A stretch of DNA of 64,000 bases, taken from the IMG/VR virus record IMGVR_UViG_3300020576_007701; one strand, 5' to 3'. The stretch is from a virus. Lineage: Duplodnaviria > Caudoviricetes. Under the pieces are notes generated by a model. That model saw only the letters and a program-made list of their open reading frames with translations. It was not told where the DNA came from and did not search any database. The translations under genes and the position numbers were made by a program. This document shows positions 9,701 through 18,990 of the stretch, one piece after another (the stretch's first letter is position 1; each line of letters starts with the position of its first letter).

Positions 9701-10252
9701 AGCGAGTACGAAAAGGAGTATAGAAAGTATTCAATATATTTGCAAGCAATGCATAGAGATGGAATACCAGCTCTTATTATACGAAAAAAACTACCGCTTA
9801 TCAACCATAGAATAAATACCATTTTGCAACAAGCAGTAGATTTTCAAATACAACTTTCTATACTTGAAAACGGAGATATTGTGGAAACCTTTTATTTTAA
9901 TGAAGACAAATCAGATACTCTTCCACTTTCTTTTGCTTCTGGCGCTCAAAAATTTGTATCTACAATAGCTATAAAAGATTCTTTGCATTATATTAGCAGT
10001 CTAACAAAGCCATCTCTTTGTATTATTGATGAAGGTTTTGGCACCTTGGATGATGAGCTTACCTTTGAAATTATGAATATTTTGAATTATTTAAAGAATA
10101 AACATAAGAACGTGATTGTTATAACACACAGAAGTGAAATTAAAGATTTTGCAGATAACATTATTGAAGTAACAAAAGTGCAAACTGGCTTAACTCAAGA
10201 AATGTTAGATAAAAATCCTAAGGCTGGAATAACAACGCTAAGAATAATATAA
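6785..10252 (+). CDS. fused SbcD/Mre11 nuclease - SbcC/Rad50 ATPase (T4 gp47/gp46-like)
   Basis: Metallophosphoesterase motifs (ADIQ, AGD, GNHD, FHG, GDIH); Walker A GRNYNGKS; coiled coil with CPTCG zinc hook; SGAQ signature; IIDEGFGTLD Walker B; ITH. Confidence 0.92.
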   Translation: MRICHLADIQVRFGSRHDEYRAVFKSLIEDLEKVKPDRIVVAGDISHHKINMSPGSFNLISELLIGLSRVAPTDVILGNHDMNLQQLEQGDAISPIFNLSNLIEKHADKTAYIVTAENKDALDYQKKAIYYYPDSGFYKISKDFVYGVYSMKDNKILTLEKKEPGVNYVALFHGQIFGARGDNGLIIHGDTHWKPTVFNNFDIVMMGDIHEYQTFREDESMAYCGSLVQQNYGEGVDKGYLLWNVENKTHERKFVPNDFGFAKITIAKGEKFEERVEHIKFSSNKKKTKVYIVWEDYEENFSQEKENQIVRLVKDKYGCEVVKVQFEAMIKEIVVDEEEQHGELKEVEEYLKEFIVAGNYNCTSDELVELLKFHQETTVELGLNEIQLESARWELNKIEVSNIFSLPITPTTIDLDLLGGLTGIFGRNYNGKSNVVKVLVWGLFKEILGGDSNSAKYIVNIYTDSNKGYVKLWITIDGKKYLIERSVRTTQKKDGSTSNSYGISYKTLEFEYDEEGNLDNEKWENEKSDSATAEKNEVGKLIEKAIGTFDDFTKTSLQTQGGKDDYLNMTQQPKNNLVSKYMGLETYKDRYEYRNENFKEIKKKQKELGDRPALEDKIHTLQIERDAKKKNYDDCVSEKEKALQSKEGVDVEILNLTKKLEKVEFVEINDIGKITYSLNQKDLDLKNKTKEASDLTEWLANNFKKELPFDNTLSEDQLKSQLSAEQSALTREENSKKTVLEWLALNDVKTIESDATVEQYAKSIEEITKKISTLEGQLLTFKGKSCPTCGTIHQQANPHKEEECIEEIKMCKELLAHKRKLINSNNEAKEHNNLHQTNIDKLSNIKQSLLNRLDKISSIKEKIDLFSRSSDIIKHNDLVESNYKKLTAAKKEVDFFNSEIKKLNEMLVKIKNNESKIETNAGIQLQIDDKNELSRAYKITIYNMDKQATILFGELKIVENNIENYKQKLIDISEYEKEYRKYSIYLQAMHRDGIPALIIRKKLPLINHRINTILQQAVDFQIQLSILENGDIVETFYFNEDKSDTLPLSFASGAQKFVSTIAIKDSLHYISSLTKPSLCIIDEGFGTLDDELTFEIMNILNYLKNKHKNVIVITHRSEIKDFADNIIEVTKVQTGLTQEMLDKNPKAGITTLRII
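6797..6814 (+). repeat. 18-bp direct repeat, copy 2
   Basis: Identical to 5835-5852. Confidence 0.9.
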
Positions 10253-10260
10253 AACATTCT

Positions 10261-10806
10261 ATGAGCAATATAATACCAACCATACCATCAACTCCACAAA
10301 GTGGTCCACAGCCAGCTGAAACGCCAAAAAGAAAGCGTGGGAGGCCACCTGTAAATGCAGAAGCTCAAAATGCAATGCAAACTATAGCAAAAATACAAGA
10401 AGAAAAAGACAGGGAGAATCTTGAAAAAGAAAAAGAAAGGCTTGAGTTAGAAGCCAAACAAAAAATGGCCATCCTTAATCAGGTTAAGATAAATGAAGCT
10501 CAGGAAAAAATTAAGCGTAAAATACGTGAAGCCGAACAAAAAAGATTAGAAAAAGAAAAACAAGAAAATATAAAAAGTGAACTTGAAAAAAGCTTCGGAA
10601 AAATAGAGTGGAAATCAACTAAATCTGGTTATTTAATTCAAGGATTTTATAAGAAAAAATTAATTTTTGAAATAAAAAGAACACTTTTTTTTAATTTATA
10701 CATTAAAGATAAAACTCTAATGGAAAAGCATAAAGTAAATAAATCTTATGCTGGTTGTTCAATGTTTCTTAAATCTTTGAAGGAGAGATCTGAAAAGCTT
10801 CTTTAA
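10261..10806 (+). CDS. hypothetical protein with AT-hook-like motif
   Basis: KRKRGRPP followed by a charged coiled coil. Confidence 0.55.
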   Translation: MSNIIPTIPSTPQSGPQPAETPKRKRGRPPVNAEAQNAMQTIAKIQEEKDRENLEKEKERLELEAKQKMAILNQVKINEAQEKIKRKIREAEQKRLEKEKQENIKSELEKSFGKIEWKSTKSGYLIQGFYKKKLIFEIKRTLFFNLYIKDKTLMEKHKVNKSYAGCSMFLKSLKERSEKLL

Positions 10807-11548
10807 GCTGCTTTGTAATTTTATCAATTTTATCTTTAAGTTTTCTTCTATCAGCTTTTGCTTTAAGCTCCTGTGGCGTTTGAGGCTTTACAGGTTCTAT
10901 TTTCGGTATAGGTTTAACAGCGGGTTTTATTGCAGGTTTAATTACTGGTTTAGCTTTGACAACAGGTTTTTTTACATCAACTGGTGTAGGAGACACTGGC
11001 GTAGCCATTTTAAGAGCTTTTTGTTTGGCAATAGCCACATTTCTATCAAAAGCAACAATTATTTTTGACATTGCAGAATCATTTGGATTATATGCTCCAT
11101 TAATTCCAGAGGGAGGGCCTTGAAAAAACGCTCCAGTTGGGAACATTGATTTTAAGTTCGAAACCTTTAATAAGCGCCACTCATTTTTTGCTTGAGCACT
11201 ACCTTGTCTGGGATTCGTTTCTAAAGCCTTTTTTTCAGATTGTCCCTCTACGTGAACGCCCCTAATAATCAATTGACCGTTTTTATCATACCCCATAGCA
11301 AAAGGCCAAAAAATACGTTGTTTCCAAATTGGCATCTTATATTTTTCATTATTGCTTTGATATGTAACGCCTATTTCGGCACCTTGCTCAATCCATGTTT
11401 TCATAAGGTTCATGTCAAAAGGAATTCTATTTTTGGAAAAAGCATATGGGTTTGCCACAGCAGAATCTTCCACAATGATCTCAACATTGTCTGGGATTAA
11501 TCCACATAACTCTGCTAATCTTCTTTTATAATCTTCTGATAAAACCAT
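10769..11548 (-). CDS. WYL-like domain protein with putative capsid-targeting leader
   Basis: RIFWPFAMG...IIRG...WRLLKVSNL resembles the WYL pattern; N-terminal LSEDYKRRLAELCGL; VKP/IKP repeats; TATTTAT at 11554-11560 (-). Confidence 0.55.
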   Translation of the reverse strand: MVLSEDYKRRLAELCGLIPDNVEIIVEDSAVANPYAFSKNRIPFDMNLMKTWIEQGAEIGVTYQSNNEKYKMPIWKQRIFWPFAMGYDKNGQLIIRGVHVEGQSEKKALETNPRQGSAQAKNEWRLLKVSNLKSMFPTGAFFQGPPSGINGAYNPNDSAMSKIIVAFDRNVAIAKQKALKMATPVSPTPVDVKKPVVKAKPVIKPAIKPAVKPIPKIEPVKPQTPQELKAKADRRKLKDKIDKITKQLKEAFQISPSKI

Positions 11549-11613
11549 TTTACATAAATATTAAACAAAAAGCTTTTATTTGTCGCAATTTTATATTAAA
11601 TTTATATACAAAT

Positions 11614-12531
11614 ATGCTACTGCCAGTAAACACCGAAGAGACAAAGATACCAGACTTAATAGTTGAAGGTAAAAAAATTCACATTAGCTATAGTGAATTT
11701 TCCTTATTTTACCAGTGTGGCCATAGACACCTTCTTGAAAAACATCTAGCTATTTTAGCACAACCACCATCAATTCATCTATATTTTGGTAATGCAATTC
11801 ACGCTTCTATTGAAACTGTTTTAAAAGAACATTTAGACATTGAGAGTCGTGTGTCTTTTTTTAGAAATACCTTCACTAAATCAATGAAGGAAAATATGAA
11901 GGATACCATTGATTATAAAAACAATTTTGAAGATTTTTTAGATCAAGGTGAAAATATACTTAGAATACTTGATTTTGAAAGCATATTTAAAGATTACGAA
12001 ATTATAGCTATCGAAGAGGCTTTGTATGAAAACTTGCATTCTCACTTTTATTTTAAGGGTTTTATTGACTTAGTTGTTCGTAATAAGATTACAAAAAAAT
12101 ATAAAATATTTGATTGGAAAACATCTGGGTCAGACTGGGATGTTCCTAAAAAAATTAAAGATGAAATATTTCTTGCTCAAATGAGATTCTATAAATTCTT
12201 TTGGGGAAGAAAAAACAATATTCCACTTGAAGATATTGAGTGTGGATACGTTGTTCTTAATAGACTTAGAAATAAAAAAGACCCAAAATCTTATCCAGGA
12301 AATATTCAAAGAGTAGATGTAAATTCTACAAACTCAGAAATAAAAAGTTCTCTTAACAAGCTCGCTCTTGCAGTAAAGTCAATACACATTGACAAATATT
12401 TTCCAAAAATAAAACAAACAGCTGGTACAAATGGCTGCTTCTTTTGCCCACTGAAAGGTGGCAATCACCCACATTGCGATTCTACAAAAAGACAAGACAA
12501 GCTTTTCTTAAAAGAGTATAAGAAAAACTAA
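11614..12531 (+). CDS. PD-(D/E)XK exonuclease, RecB/Cas4-like
   Basis: SYS...C, GNAIH, E, GFIDL, DWKT, Q..FY motifs and C-terminal CFFCP...C (Fe-S type cysteines). Confidence 0.8.
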   Translation: MLLPVNTEETKIPDLIVEGKKIHISYSEFSLFYQCGHRHLLEKHLAILAQPPSIHLYFGNAIHASIETVLKEHLDIESRVSFFRNTFTKSMKENMKDTIDYKNNFEDFLDQGENILRILDFESIFKDYEIIAIEEALYENLHSHFYFKGFIDLVVRNKITKKYKIFDWKTSGSDWDVPKKIKDEIFLAQMRFYKFFWGRKNNIPLEDIECGYVVLNRLRNKKDPKSYPGNIQRVDVNSTNSEIKSSLNKLALAVKSIHIDKYFPKIKQTAGTNGCFFCPLKGGNHPHCDSTKRQDKLFLKEYKKN

Positions 12532-12587
12532 TAGCTACCCTTGTTTTTCTCGCTCAGTATGTTTATATTTTATAAAAATAAAACATC

Positions 12588-12983
12588 ATGGCATACTATA
12601 AAAAAGAAGAGATTGTAGACTATATTAATGTTTCTTGTCAAAGAATTCAAGAAGAAAAACACCATACCGTTACAGATCCAAAAAAAGCACTGCAAGAACT
12701 AACAGATGAACAAGATCTTGTTGGTTTTTTCTGGCTTGAAGTTAATGGCTCTTTAGAAAATGGCGTTGGAATAAAAATGGAGGGTAAAATTTTTGTTAGA
12801 TTAAATTCTGAAATTTATACTGATGATAGATTTGCAATAGATTCATACCACGCAGCCAAAGCTGGCCTACCAGTTACAGATATAATCAAAAAAAGAGAAC
12901 AAGAACAAAAAGAAGCTTCTACAAAAGTGACCCCAGAAATACTTGAATCTTTAAAAGGTTACATTACTGATCCTAAAAAATAA
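12588..12983 (+). CDS. hypothetical protein
   Basis: 131 aa ORF, A-rich leader. Confidence 0.6.
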   Translation: MAYYKKEEIVDYINVSCQRIQEEKHHTVTDPKKALQELTDEQDLVGFFWLEVNGSLENGVGIKMEGKIFVRLNSEIYTDDRFAIDSYHAAKAGLPVTDIIKKREQEQKEASTKVTPEILESLKGYITDPKK

Positions 12984-12985
12984 TT

Positions 12986-13306
12986 ATGACATTAAAAGAA
13001 TTAGAAGAGCTCAAAGATTGCAATGAGCTTGATATGCTTTTAAAAATTATTCAAAAAGCAGAATCGGTTAAAAAAAGAGTTGAAAATCTTGTTGTAGGCG
13101 TTAAAGCAGCTGGCATAGATGTTAGAAAAGTAATGCAAGACATAAGATTGTTATCTGAAATAATTCGTGATGAAACCCAAAGAAGAAAAATTGATTTTCC
13201 GATAGAGGATTCTAAATTATTTAAAGCAATTAAATTAGAAAAAATTAGACTTGAAAAAGAAGAAATAAGAATAAAAAAATTAGAAGAAAAAAGGGCAACA
13301 CGATAA
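12986..13306 (+). CDS. Hc1-like (histone H1-like) small protein
   Basis: GVKAAGIDVRKVMQDIR resembles the G-N-KAAG-x-R-x-RK core of Hc1-family proteins. Confidence 0.45.
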   Translation: MTLKELEELKDCNELDMLLKIIQKAESVKKRVENLVVGVKAAGIDVRKVMQDIRLLSEIIRDETQRRKIDFPIEDSKLFKAIKLEKIRLEKEEIRIKKLEEKRATR

Positions 13307-15252
13307 TGGCTAAAAAGACTGGCGAAATAAAAGAAAAGAAAGAAAAAAAGGAACTTGAAGTAGAAGTAACTAAGCTTAAAACAAATTATGAGTTAAGGTA
13401 TGATTATAGCCCAATGTTAACAGAGTATATAAAAACTCTTCCAAAAGAACATAGAGGTGTAAGGGTTGATAACGTAATCGACATGAATACTGGCAAGGCA
13501 AAAGATGTGTGGGTTAGATTAATTCGTGAAGTTGCTATGGGTCAAATTATTTCTTTTTTTTTAGATAACGCAATAAAGTTTAATTTTAAAAATGTTCCAG
13601 AAGAAGATATAAATAAATTAAGAAAAGAATATCTCGATAGACAACAAAGGCTAGCTCAGGTTTTAAAATTAAAAGCTGAACAAATACAGGTAAGTGACGA
13701 ACCGCTTCCGTTTATGAAAAGACAGCCACACTCTTATCAAAGACAAGCAGTTGCTTTTTTTGAAATTAATAATGGCGTGGCTATACTTGGAGACCAGCCA
13801 GGTGTTGGTAAAACATTGTCCGCTTTAGTTTATGCCGCAAAGCATAGGCATAAAACATTAATTATATGTCCGTCGTCTTTAAAGTTTGGTTGGAAAAATG
13901 AAACTTTAGAATTTACAAAAGATAAGGCTTTTATTTACAAGTACAAACCAAAAAAAGGTAGTCCACACGTAGCATTCACAAAAAATGAATCTTTATTTCA
14001 TATCGTAAATTATGAATCTCTTGAGACCTATGTGGATATTCAATATAAACATGTGTGTAAGGGAAAGCTACTTGTTGGCGGAAAGGGAATGACCGTTTGT
14101 AATCACGAAATGGTTGACAATATAAAAAAACACAAAGAGTGCCCAGTTTGCAAAAACTCAAATTCATTTAAAAGTAGAATTAATGGACATGTTTTTTCCA
14201 AAGACAAATTTGATCAAGAATTAAAACCAGAAGATTACGATTTAATTGTTATTGATGAATTTCACAGAATAAAAGAAAAAAATACTGGATGGACAAAAAT
14301 AATTAGAGAAGCATTTAAAGACGTACCAAGAAAATTGTTATTATCTGGAACGGCAATTAAAAGTAGACCAAAAGAATTTTTTGTTGGCTTAAATTTTTTA
14401 TATCCGCAAGAATGGAATAATCAGCATGAGTTTGGCGTAAGATACTGCGCAGGTTTTCAAGATACATTTGGTTGGAAGTATGATGGCGCTTCTAATTTAG
14501 AAGAATTGTACGAAAGAATGTCTAGATTCTTTTTAAGGAGATTGAAAAAAGATGTTTTAAAAGATCTTCCGCCAAAGACTCATACAAGTATACCTATAGA
14601 ACTTGAAGATGTCGAATTTAAAGAGTACGCAAAAATTTTAGAAGGCTGTATCAAAATGATTGATGGCGAAGAGGTGAAGGATTCTTACCTTGTTCAAGTT
14701 AATAAACTAAAAATGTTCACCGCTCAATGTAGGCTTAAAAGAGTTGTCGAGTTCATCCAAGAAATTATAGACTCAGGTGAAAAAGTGGTTATTATGTCAG
14801 ACTTTCAAGATATAGCCAATAAAATTTACGAACACTTCAAAGATGTTGCAGTGCTCCACACAGGTTCAATGAACGAGGTGGAAAAACAAGAGTCTGTTGA
14901 TAAATTTCAAAAAGATAAAAATATAAAAGTTTTTTCTGGGATGATTATAGCTTCTGGTGTTGGAATTACTTTAACGGCTGCCTCCAGGTTTATTTTTATG
15001 GGTTTTGCTTGGACACCAAGTGATATGGAACAAGCTGAGGATAGAATTCATAGAGCTTCTACAACACATGATAATATTCAAATTTTGACCCCTTATTGTA
15101 TGGATACTCTAGATGAAGACATTTTAGAGCTTCTTGATGAAAAATCAAAAGTTGTTGGACGTGTGTTGGACGGCCAAGTGGTAAAAAAAGATGTTAGAAA
15201 AGCAGATGAAAGTATTATGCAGAGTTTGTTTAAGAGATTAAAGGCTAAATAA
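13306..15252 (+). CDS. SNF2-family (SMARCAL1/HARP-like) helicase/translocase
   Basis: GDQPGVGKT, ICPSSLK, DEFH, LSGT, LRRLKKDV, GITLT, QAEDRIHR. Confidence 0.9.
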   Translation: MAKKTGEIKEKKEKKELEVEVTKLKTNYELRYDYSPMLTEYIKTLPKEHRGVRVDNVIDMNTGKAKDVWVRLIREVAMGQIISFFLDNAIKFNFKNVPEEDINKLRKEYLDRQQRLAQVLKLKAEQIQVSDEPLPFMKRQPHSYQRQAVAFFEINNGVAILGDQPGVGKTLSALVYAAKHRHKTLIICPSSLKFGWKNETLEFTKDKAFIYKYKPKKGSPHVAFTKNESLFHIVNYESLETYVDIQYKHVCKGKLLVGGKGMTVCNHEMVDNIKKHKECPVCKNSNSFKSRINGHVFSKDKFDQELKPEDYDLIVIDEFHRIKEKNTGWTKIIREAFKDVPRKLLLSGTAIKSRPKEFFVGLNFLYPQEWNNQHEFGVRYCAGFQDTFGWKYDGASNLEELYERMSRFFLRRLKKDVLKDLPPKTHTSIPIELEDVEFKEYAKILEGCIKMIDGEEVKDSYLVQVNKLKMFTAQCRLKRVVEFIQEIIDSGEKVVIMSDFQDIANKIYEHFKDVAVLHTGSMNEVEKQESVDKFQKDKNIKVFSGMIIASGVGITLTAASRFIFMGFAWTPSDMEQAEDRIHRASTTHDNIQILTPYCMDTLDEDILELLDEKSKVVGRVLDGQVVKKDVRKADESIMQSLFKRLKAK

Positions 15253-15276
15253 TTTGTAAAAAATGTTTTTTTCCTA

Positions 15277-15283
15277 TATTTAT
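15277..15283 (+). promoter_or_regulatory. putative late promoter TATTTAT
   Basis: 25 nt upstream of ATG 15309. Confidence 0.55.
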
Positions 15284-15308
15284 TATAAAACCTTTAAATC
15301 CTAAAATA

Positions 15309-15812
15309 ATGAAAATAGAAGAATCAGAATTACAACAAATCATCAAGGAAGAAGCTATTCGTCTTAGAAAGAGAATGATGCTTGAGTCTGAAAAAGAAAA
15401 GATCTTAAAAGAACTTCAAGAAATGGAAGCTTATGAAATGAGTGAGGGAGAAATGGAAGAAGGTTTATTTGACAAGTTTAAAAAAGACTGGCCTGCAGAA
15501 GCAGAAAAATGGATGAATCAACCAAATTTAAGAGCCGCTATGAAAGCAAAAGCTGACTCTATATGGACAAAAGCAATTCAAAATCCAAATTTAGCATGGT
15601 TTCAAAAATTATCAGCTGGTAAAAATTTACAAGATCAAGCTCAACGTGCTGAAGTTTACAAAGCGTGGCTTACTTATTACAGAGACATGTGGAAACAAGC
15701 TTATATTTCTGGACAAGGAACTCCAATTGGTTATGAATTCGACATGGAAAAAGGTGTTTTATTTAAAAACCCTAGTGCTACTGGCGGAAACAACTTTATG
15801 CCTGGTACATAA
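15309..15812 (+). CDS. putative internal head/cargo protein
   Basis: Leader ESELQQIIKEEAIRL...MLESE; Glu-rich N-terminal half; late motif upstream. Confidence 0.5.
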   Translation: MKIEESELQQIIKEEAIRLRKRMMLESEKEKILKELQEMEAYEMSEGEMEEGLFDKFKKDWPAEAEKWMNQPNLRAAMKAKADSIWTKAIQNPNLAWFQKLSAGKNLQDQAQRAEVYKAWLTYYRDMWKQAYISGQGTPIGYEFDMEKGVLFKNPSATGGNNFMPGT

Positions 15813-15814
15813 TA

Positions 15815-16246
15815 TTAAAAGTTATCTCCATAAAACCCTGGTTCTCTCATTTGATAATCAGGGTTTTTTGCTTTCTCTAATTCAACAGACATGCTGATAT
15901 CGAATTGAACATAAGAATATTTTATTTTTTGAAAAATAAATCTGTTTACATATAGCTTAGAAAATAACAAAGAAATTACACCGCAAGAAATTGATGCAAT
16001 TGTGTTTGAAAAAATAAATGCAAACAAAAAAGAAGCTAATAAAGCAATAAAAGTTAGTACTAAAAAAATGTTTTTTACAACAACAGTGTTTTCATAATCT
16101 TTAACCAAAAAAATTGTTGCGTTTTCGCTAGCAATTTCTAGTTCTTTTTCTGTTTTTTCCGATTCTTCTAAAACGTGCTCGATTGGCTTTTTATAAAAAA
16201 AGGTAAAGACAATAGCTTCCCAAATGTTTAATACAATATTTTTCAT
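15815..16246 (-). CDS. membrane protein
   Basis: Two hydrophobic segments; ECF-like promoter upstream. Confidence 0.6.
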   Translation of the reverse strand: MKNIVLNIWEAIVFTFFYKKPIEHVLEESEKTEKELEIASENATIFLVKDYENTVVVKNIFLVLTFIALLASFLFAFIFSNTIASISCGVISLLFSKLYVNRFIFQKIKYSYVQFDISMSVELEKAKNPDYQMREPGFYGDNF

Positions 16247-16264
16247 AGTAAAACTTTTATATAA

Positions 16265-16293
16265 TTATACGAATAATAAAGAAAAAGGTTTCA
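16265..16293 (-). promoter_or_regulatory. ECF-sigma-like promoter TGAAAC-N16-CGTATAA
   Basis: Reverse complement of TTATACG-N16-GTTTCA; same motif at four other intergenic sites. Confidence 0.65.
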
Positions 16294-16312
16294 GTTTTTA
16301 ACAAAATAAACC

Positions 16313-16319
16313 TATTTAT
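16313..16319 (+). promoter_or_regulatory. putative late promoter TATTTAT (endolysin operon)
   Basis: 11 nt upstream of the endolysin ATG, consistent with late timing. Confidence 0.6.
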
Positions 16320-16330
16320 TCTAAAAAGAC

Positions 16331-17224
16331 ATGGTAAAATTAGGAGATACTGGTTTAGAGGCGACAGAGGTTCAAAAACTTCTTTCTATGCTTGGTTATG
16401 ATTTAATTGTAGATGGAAGCTTTGGGGCAAAGTCGGTTAGATCTTTACAAGCCTTTCAAAAAAAAATGGGCCTTACAGTAGATGGTGAGTGCGGCCCCAA
16501 AACCCTAGAAGCCCTTAAAGCTTCGCAAAAAAGAACAGCAAAAGAAGAAAAATCGCCAGCAAATCCAAAAGATTATGGCGAACTCGTTATAAATAGAACT
16601 GTTCTTTTAGATTCAACACAGTATTTAAGACAAAGCACTCCAAAAGATAAAATATTTATTCACTTTACAGCTGGTGGCCCAAATGCTACTAATGTCATTA
16701 GAGGGTGGGCCGCTGATGAAACAAGGGTTTCTACTGCCTATCTTATAGATGGTGAATCTGGACAGATATTTGAATGTTTTAGCCCAGATTATTGGAGCTT
16801 TCACCTTGGTGTAAAAGGTACGAATGGTGCACTTGATAAAGCATCTATTGGTATAGAAATGTGTAACTGGGGTCCTATCACAAAAAAAGGAGATAAATTT
16901 TTTAATTACGTTAATAGAGAAGTTCCTTCAGATCAAGTACTTACATTAGAAAAACCTTTTAGAGGCTTTAGTTATTTTCATAAAATGACAACCGCACAAT
17001 GGGAGTCTCTTGAAAAATTATTGGAATATTTAATCACTCATTACAACGTATCGGTTCAAAAAATGTTTGACAACAACTGGTTTGAATTTAATCAAGAGCT
17101 TATAGATAAAAAAACACCTGGACTTTGGACGCACACTAATGTTAGAAAAGATAAGACAGATTTTCCACCAACGCCAGAGTTGTTGGATATTTTAAATAGA
17201 CTTGCTAAAAAATTTAACCCTTAA
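16331..17224 (+). CDS. endolysin: peptidoglycan-binding domain plus N-acetylmuramoyl-L-alanine amidase (Amidase_2)
   Basis: VQKLL...VDGSFG...FQKKMGLTVDGECGPKT binding domain; IHFTAG, STAYLID, FHLG, SIGIE, TH...KTD Zn-amidase motifs. Confidence 0.85.
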   Translation: MVKLGDTGLEATEVQKLLSMLGYDLIVDGSFGAKSVRSLQAFQKKMGLTVDGECGPKTLEALKASQKRTAKEEKSPANPKDYGELVINRTVLLDSTQYLRQSTPKDKIFIHFTAGGPNATNVIRGWAADETRVSTAYLIDGESGQIFECFSPDYWSFHLGVKGTNGALDKASIGIEMCNWGPITKKGDKFFNYVNREVPSDQVLTLEKPFRGFSYFHKMTTAQWESLEKLLEYLITHYNVSVQKMFDNNWFEFNQELIDKKTPGLWTHTNVRKDKTDFPPTPELLDILNRLAKKFNP

Positions 17225-17228
17225 TAAT

Positions 17229-17447
17229 ATGGCAGCAGAGGAGTGGAATGAAACCAGGCTAAAATCACTTATAAAAGATACCATGAAACAAGAGTTAAAA
17301 GATCTTAGATATGATATCGAAAAGTTAAGAGAAAAGCAAAATAAAAAAACTGACGAAGAGCAAGTTAGAGAATTGGTTCGTTCTATGATCGTAAACCTTC
17401 ACAAGTTTATGTGGCAAAAATCAAGTACATATATAAAACAAATATAA
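17229..17447 (+). CDS. small protein with putative capsid-targeting leader
   Basis: ATG at 17229 preferred over track start; NETRLKSLIKDTMKQE. Confidence 0.5.
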   Translation: MAAEEWNETRLKSLIKDTMKQELKDLRYDIEKLREKQNKKTDEEQVRELVRSMIVNLHKFMWQKSSTYIKQI

Positions 17448-17448
17448 A

Positions 17449-18159
17449 ATGACACATTCAGATTTACAAAAATTAATAAGAAAAACAATACAATCCACAG
17501 CTTTCGAGAGCTTAAAGGAATTGAAAAACAAATCTGCTGTTAACAACGCAAATGCCAGCTTAAACTCTTCAAGTTTGGCTGAAGACGATATTGACATGGT
17601 TTTGTTTCATGGTGGACATAAAAAACAAGAACCTCAAAAAAGATCACAAATAAAAATTCAAGAAGGAGTTTCTAGTACTTTAAAAATAACAACATCAGAA
17701 ATAAAACAATTTGAAAACAGTTTTCAAAAAATACTTGAAAACATCCCTGGTGCATCTATTGTATTTGATAAGCAGCCAAATGGGTTTTCGATTTCTGCAG
17801 TAAAAAGACCAGACGGCGTAGAGGCAAAATCTTCAGGGACTATTAATCTTGGCGAAAATGGTAAAATTATTTGGTCTTATTCTCTTTTAAATGGTTTTAC
17901 ATTAAATGCTCAAAATTTAAAATTAGCTGATGATAATAAATTAATGTTCGAAGCAATGGCTAATCACTATAATGATTGGCAAAAAAAATGGAGAGAAATG
18001 CTAAATCTTCCTAGCGCACCTGAAGAAAACGGCGATCAAGAGCAGGGTCCAATGCCAAATCAATCAACACCACCTGGTGGTGGCGCTGGTACAATGTCAA
18101 ATGGCGCTGGTGGAGCTGGTCAAGGTGGGGCAGTAGATTCTGGAACAATGGGAATGTAA
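17449..18159 (+). CDS. putative internal head protein
   Basis: Leader SDLQKLIRKTIQS; Gly-rich tail. Confidence 0.5.
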   Translation: MTHSDLQKLIRKTIQSTAFESLKELKNKSAVNNANASLNSSSLAEDDIDMVLFHGGHKKQEPQKRSQIKIQEGVSSTLKITTSEIKQFENSFQKILENIPGASIVFDKQPNGFSISAVKRPDGVEAKSSGTINLGENGKIIWSYSLLNGFTLNAQNLKLADDNKLMFEAMANHYNDWQKKWREMLNLPSAPEENGDQEQGPMPNQSTPPGGGAGTMSNGAGGAGQGGAVDSGTMGM

Positions 18160-18209
18160 ACTTTTTAAAATAACATTTATTTTAATAAAACCTTATAGTA
18201 TATTTCTTT

Positions 18210-18494
18210 ATGTACACCAACAAGCAAATAGTTGATAATCAAAAAATGTTTAAAGAAGAAATTATTTCTTTTTTAACAAAAGAGAATCAAAAAATTGCTA
18301 AAGATGTTTTAGAAATTGATTCAGAGGATGAATTTATTTTAAAGGAAAAAGAAAAGATGATTAACAGGTTAAAGAATACAAATATTAACGAGGTAGTCAA
18401 AAAATATTTTTTCTCTCATCCGAATAGGGATGAAACTTTTTATGCTTGGTGGGATGTACATTCACAAGAAGCAAGAATTTTAAAATATGTCTAA
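18210..18494 (+). CDS. hypothetical protein
   Basis: 94 aa ORF. Confidence 0.55.
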   Translation: MYTNKQIVDNQKMFKEEIISFLTKENQKIAKDVLEIDSEDEFILKEKEKMINRLKNTNINEVVKKYFFSHPNRDETFYAWWDVHSQEARILKYV

Positions 18495-18990
18495 AAACAG
18501 AAAACACACAATCCCAATTCTAATAGATATCAAGTTTAATGGATCTATGAATAAGTTCGAAGAAGTATATGGAGACCATGTTACCTATGCTGAAATAGAA
18601 CAAGAAAGCTATATAGATTTAAAAACTATGATGTTTGAAAAAATAAGCGACAGCATTAAGTTTAGAAAATTTAATAGAGAAAAACATATATTAACTTTAA
18701 GGGCCGACATGTTTGAAAAAGAATTTCAAATATTGCAAGATATTTTGCTAAACAAAGTTGTTGACACTTTAGCGACAAAAGATAAAAAAAATGTAAGTGG
18801 AGAACCTATCATGCAAAGATTTAACTTCCTTCATGATTTCATAATTTCTAATGTAAAAATTATGACAGAAGAAGACTTGGTACGTGTTAAAAAAAATGCC
18901 ACGCTTGAAGATGAAATTTTCTTTGACGAAAGAACAACAAAGGTTTCTTTAGACGAAATAGAAAATTTTAGCGAAGAAGAATTTGATTAA
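18487..18990 (+). CDS. hypothetical protein
   Basis: 167 aa ORF, acidic C-terminus. Confidence 0.6.
   Translation: MSKNRKHTIPILIDIKFNGSMNKFEEVYGDHVTYAEIEQESYIDLKTMMFEKISDSIKFRKFNREKHILTLRADMFEKEFQILQDILLNKVVDTLATKDKKNVSGEPIMQRFNFLHDFIISNVKIMTEEDLVRVKKNATLEDEIFFDERTTKVSLDEIENFSEEEFD

Noticed and set aside
11614-12531. CRISPR-Cas locus suggested by the Cas4-like nuclease
   Set aside because: No repeat-spacer array or other cas gene seen; solo Cas4/RecB-like nucleases are common in phage replication modules
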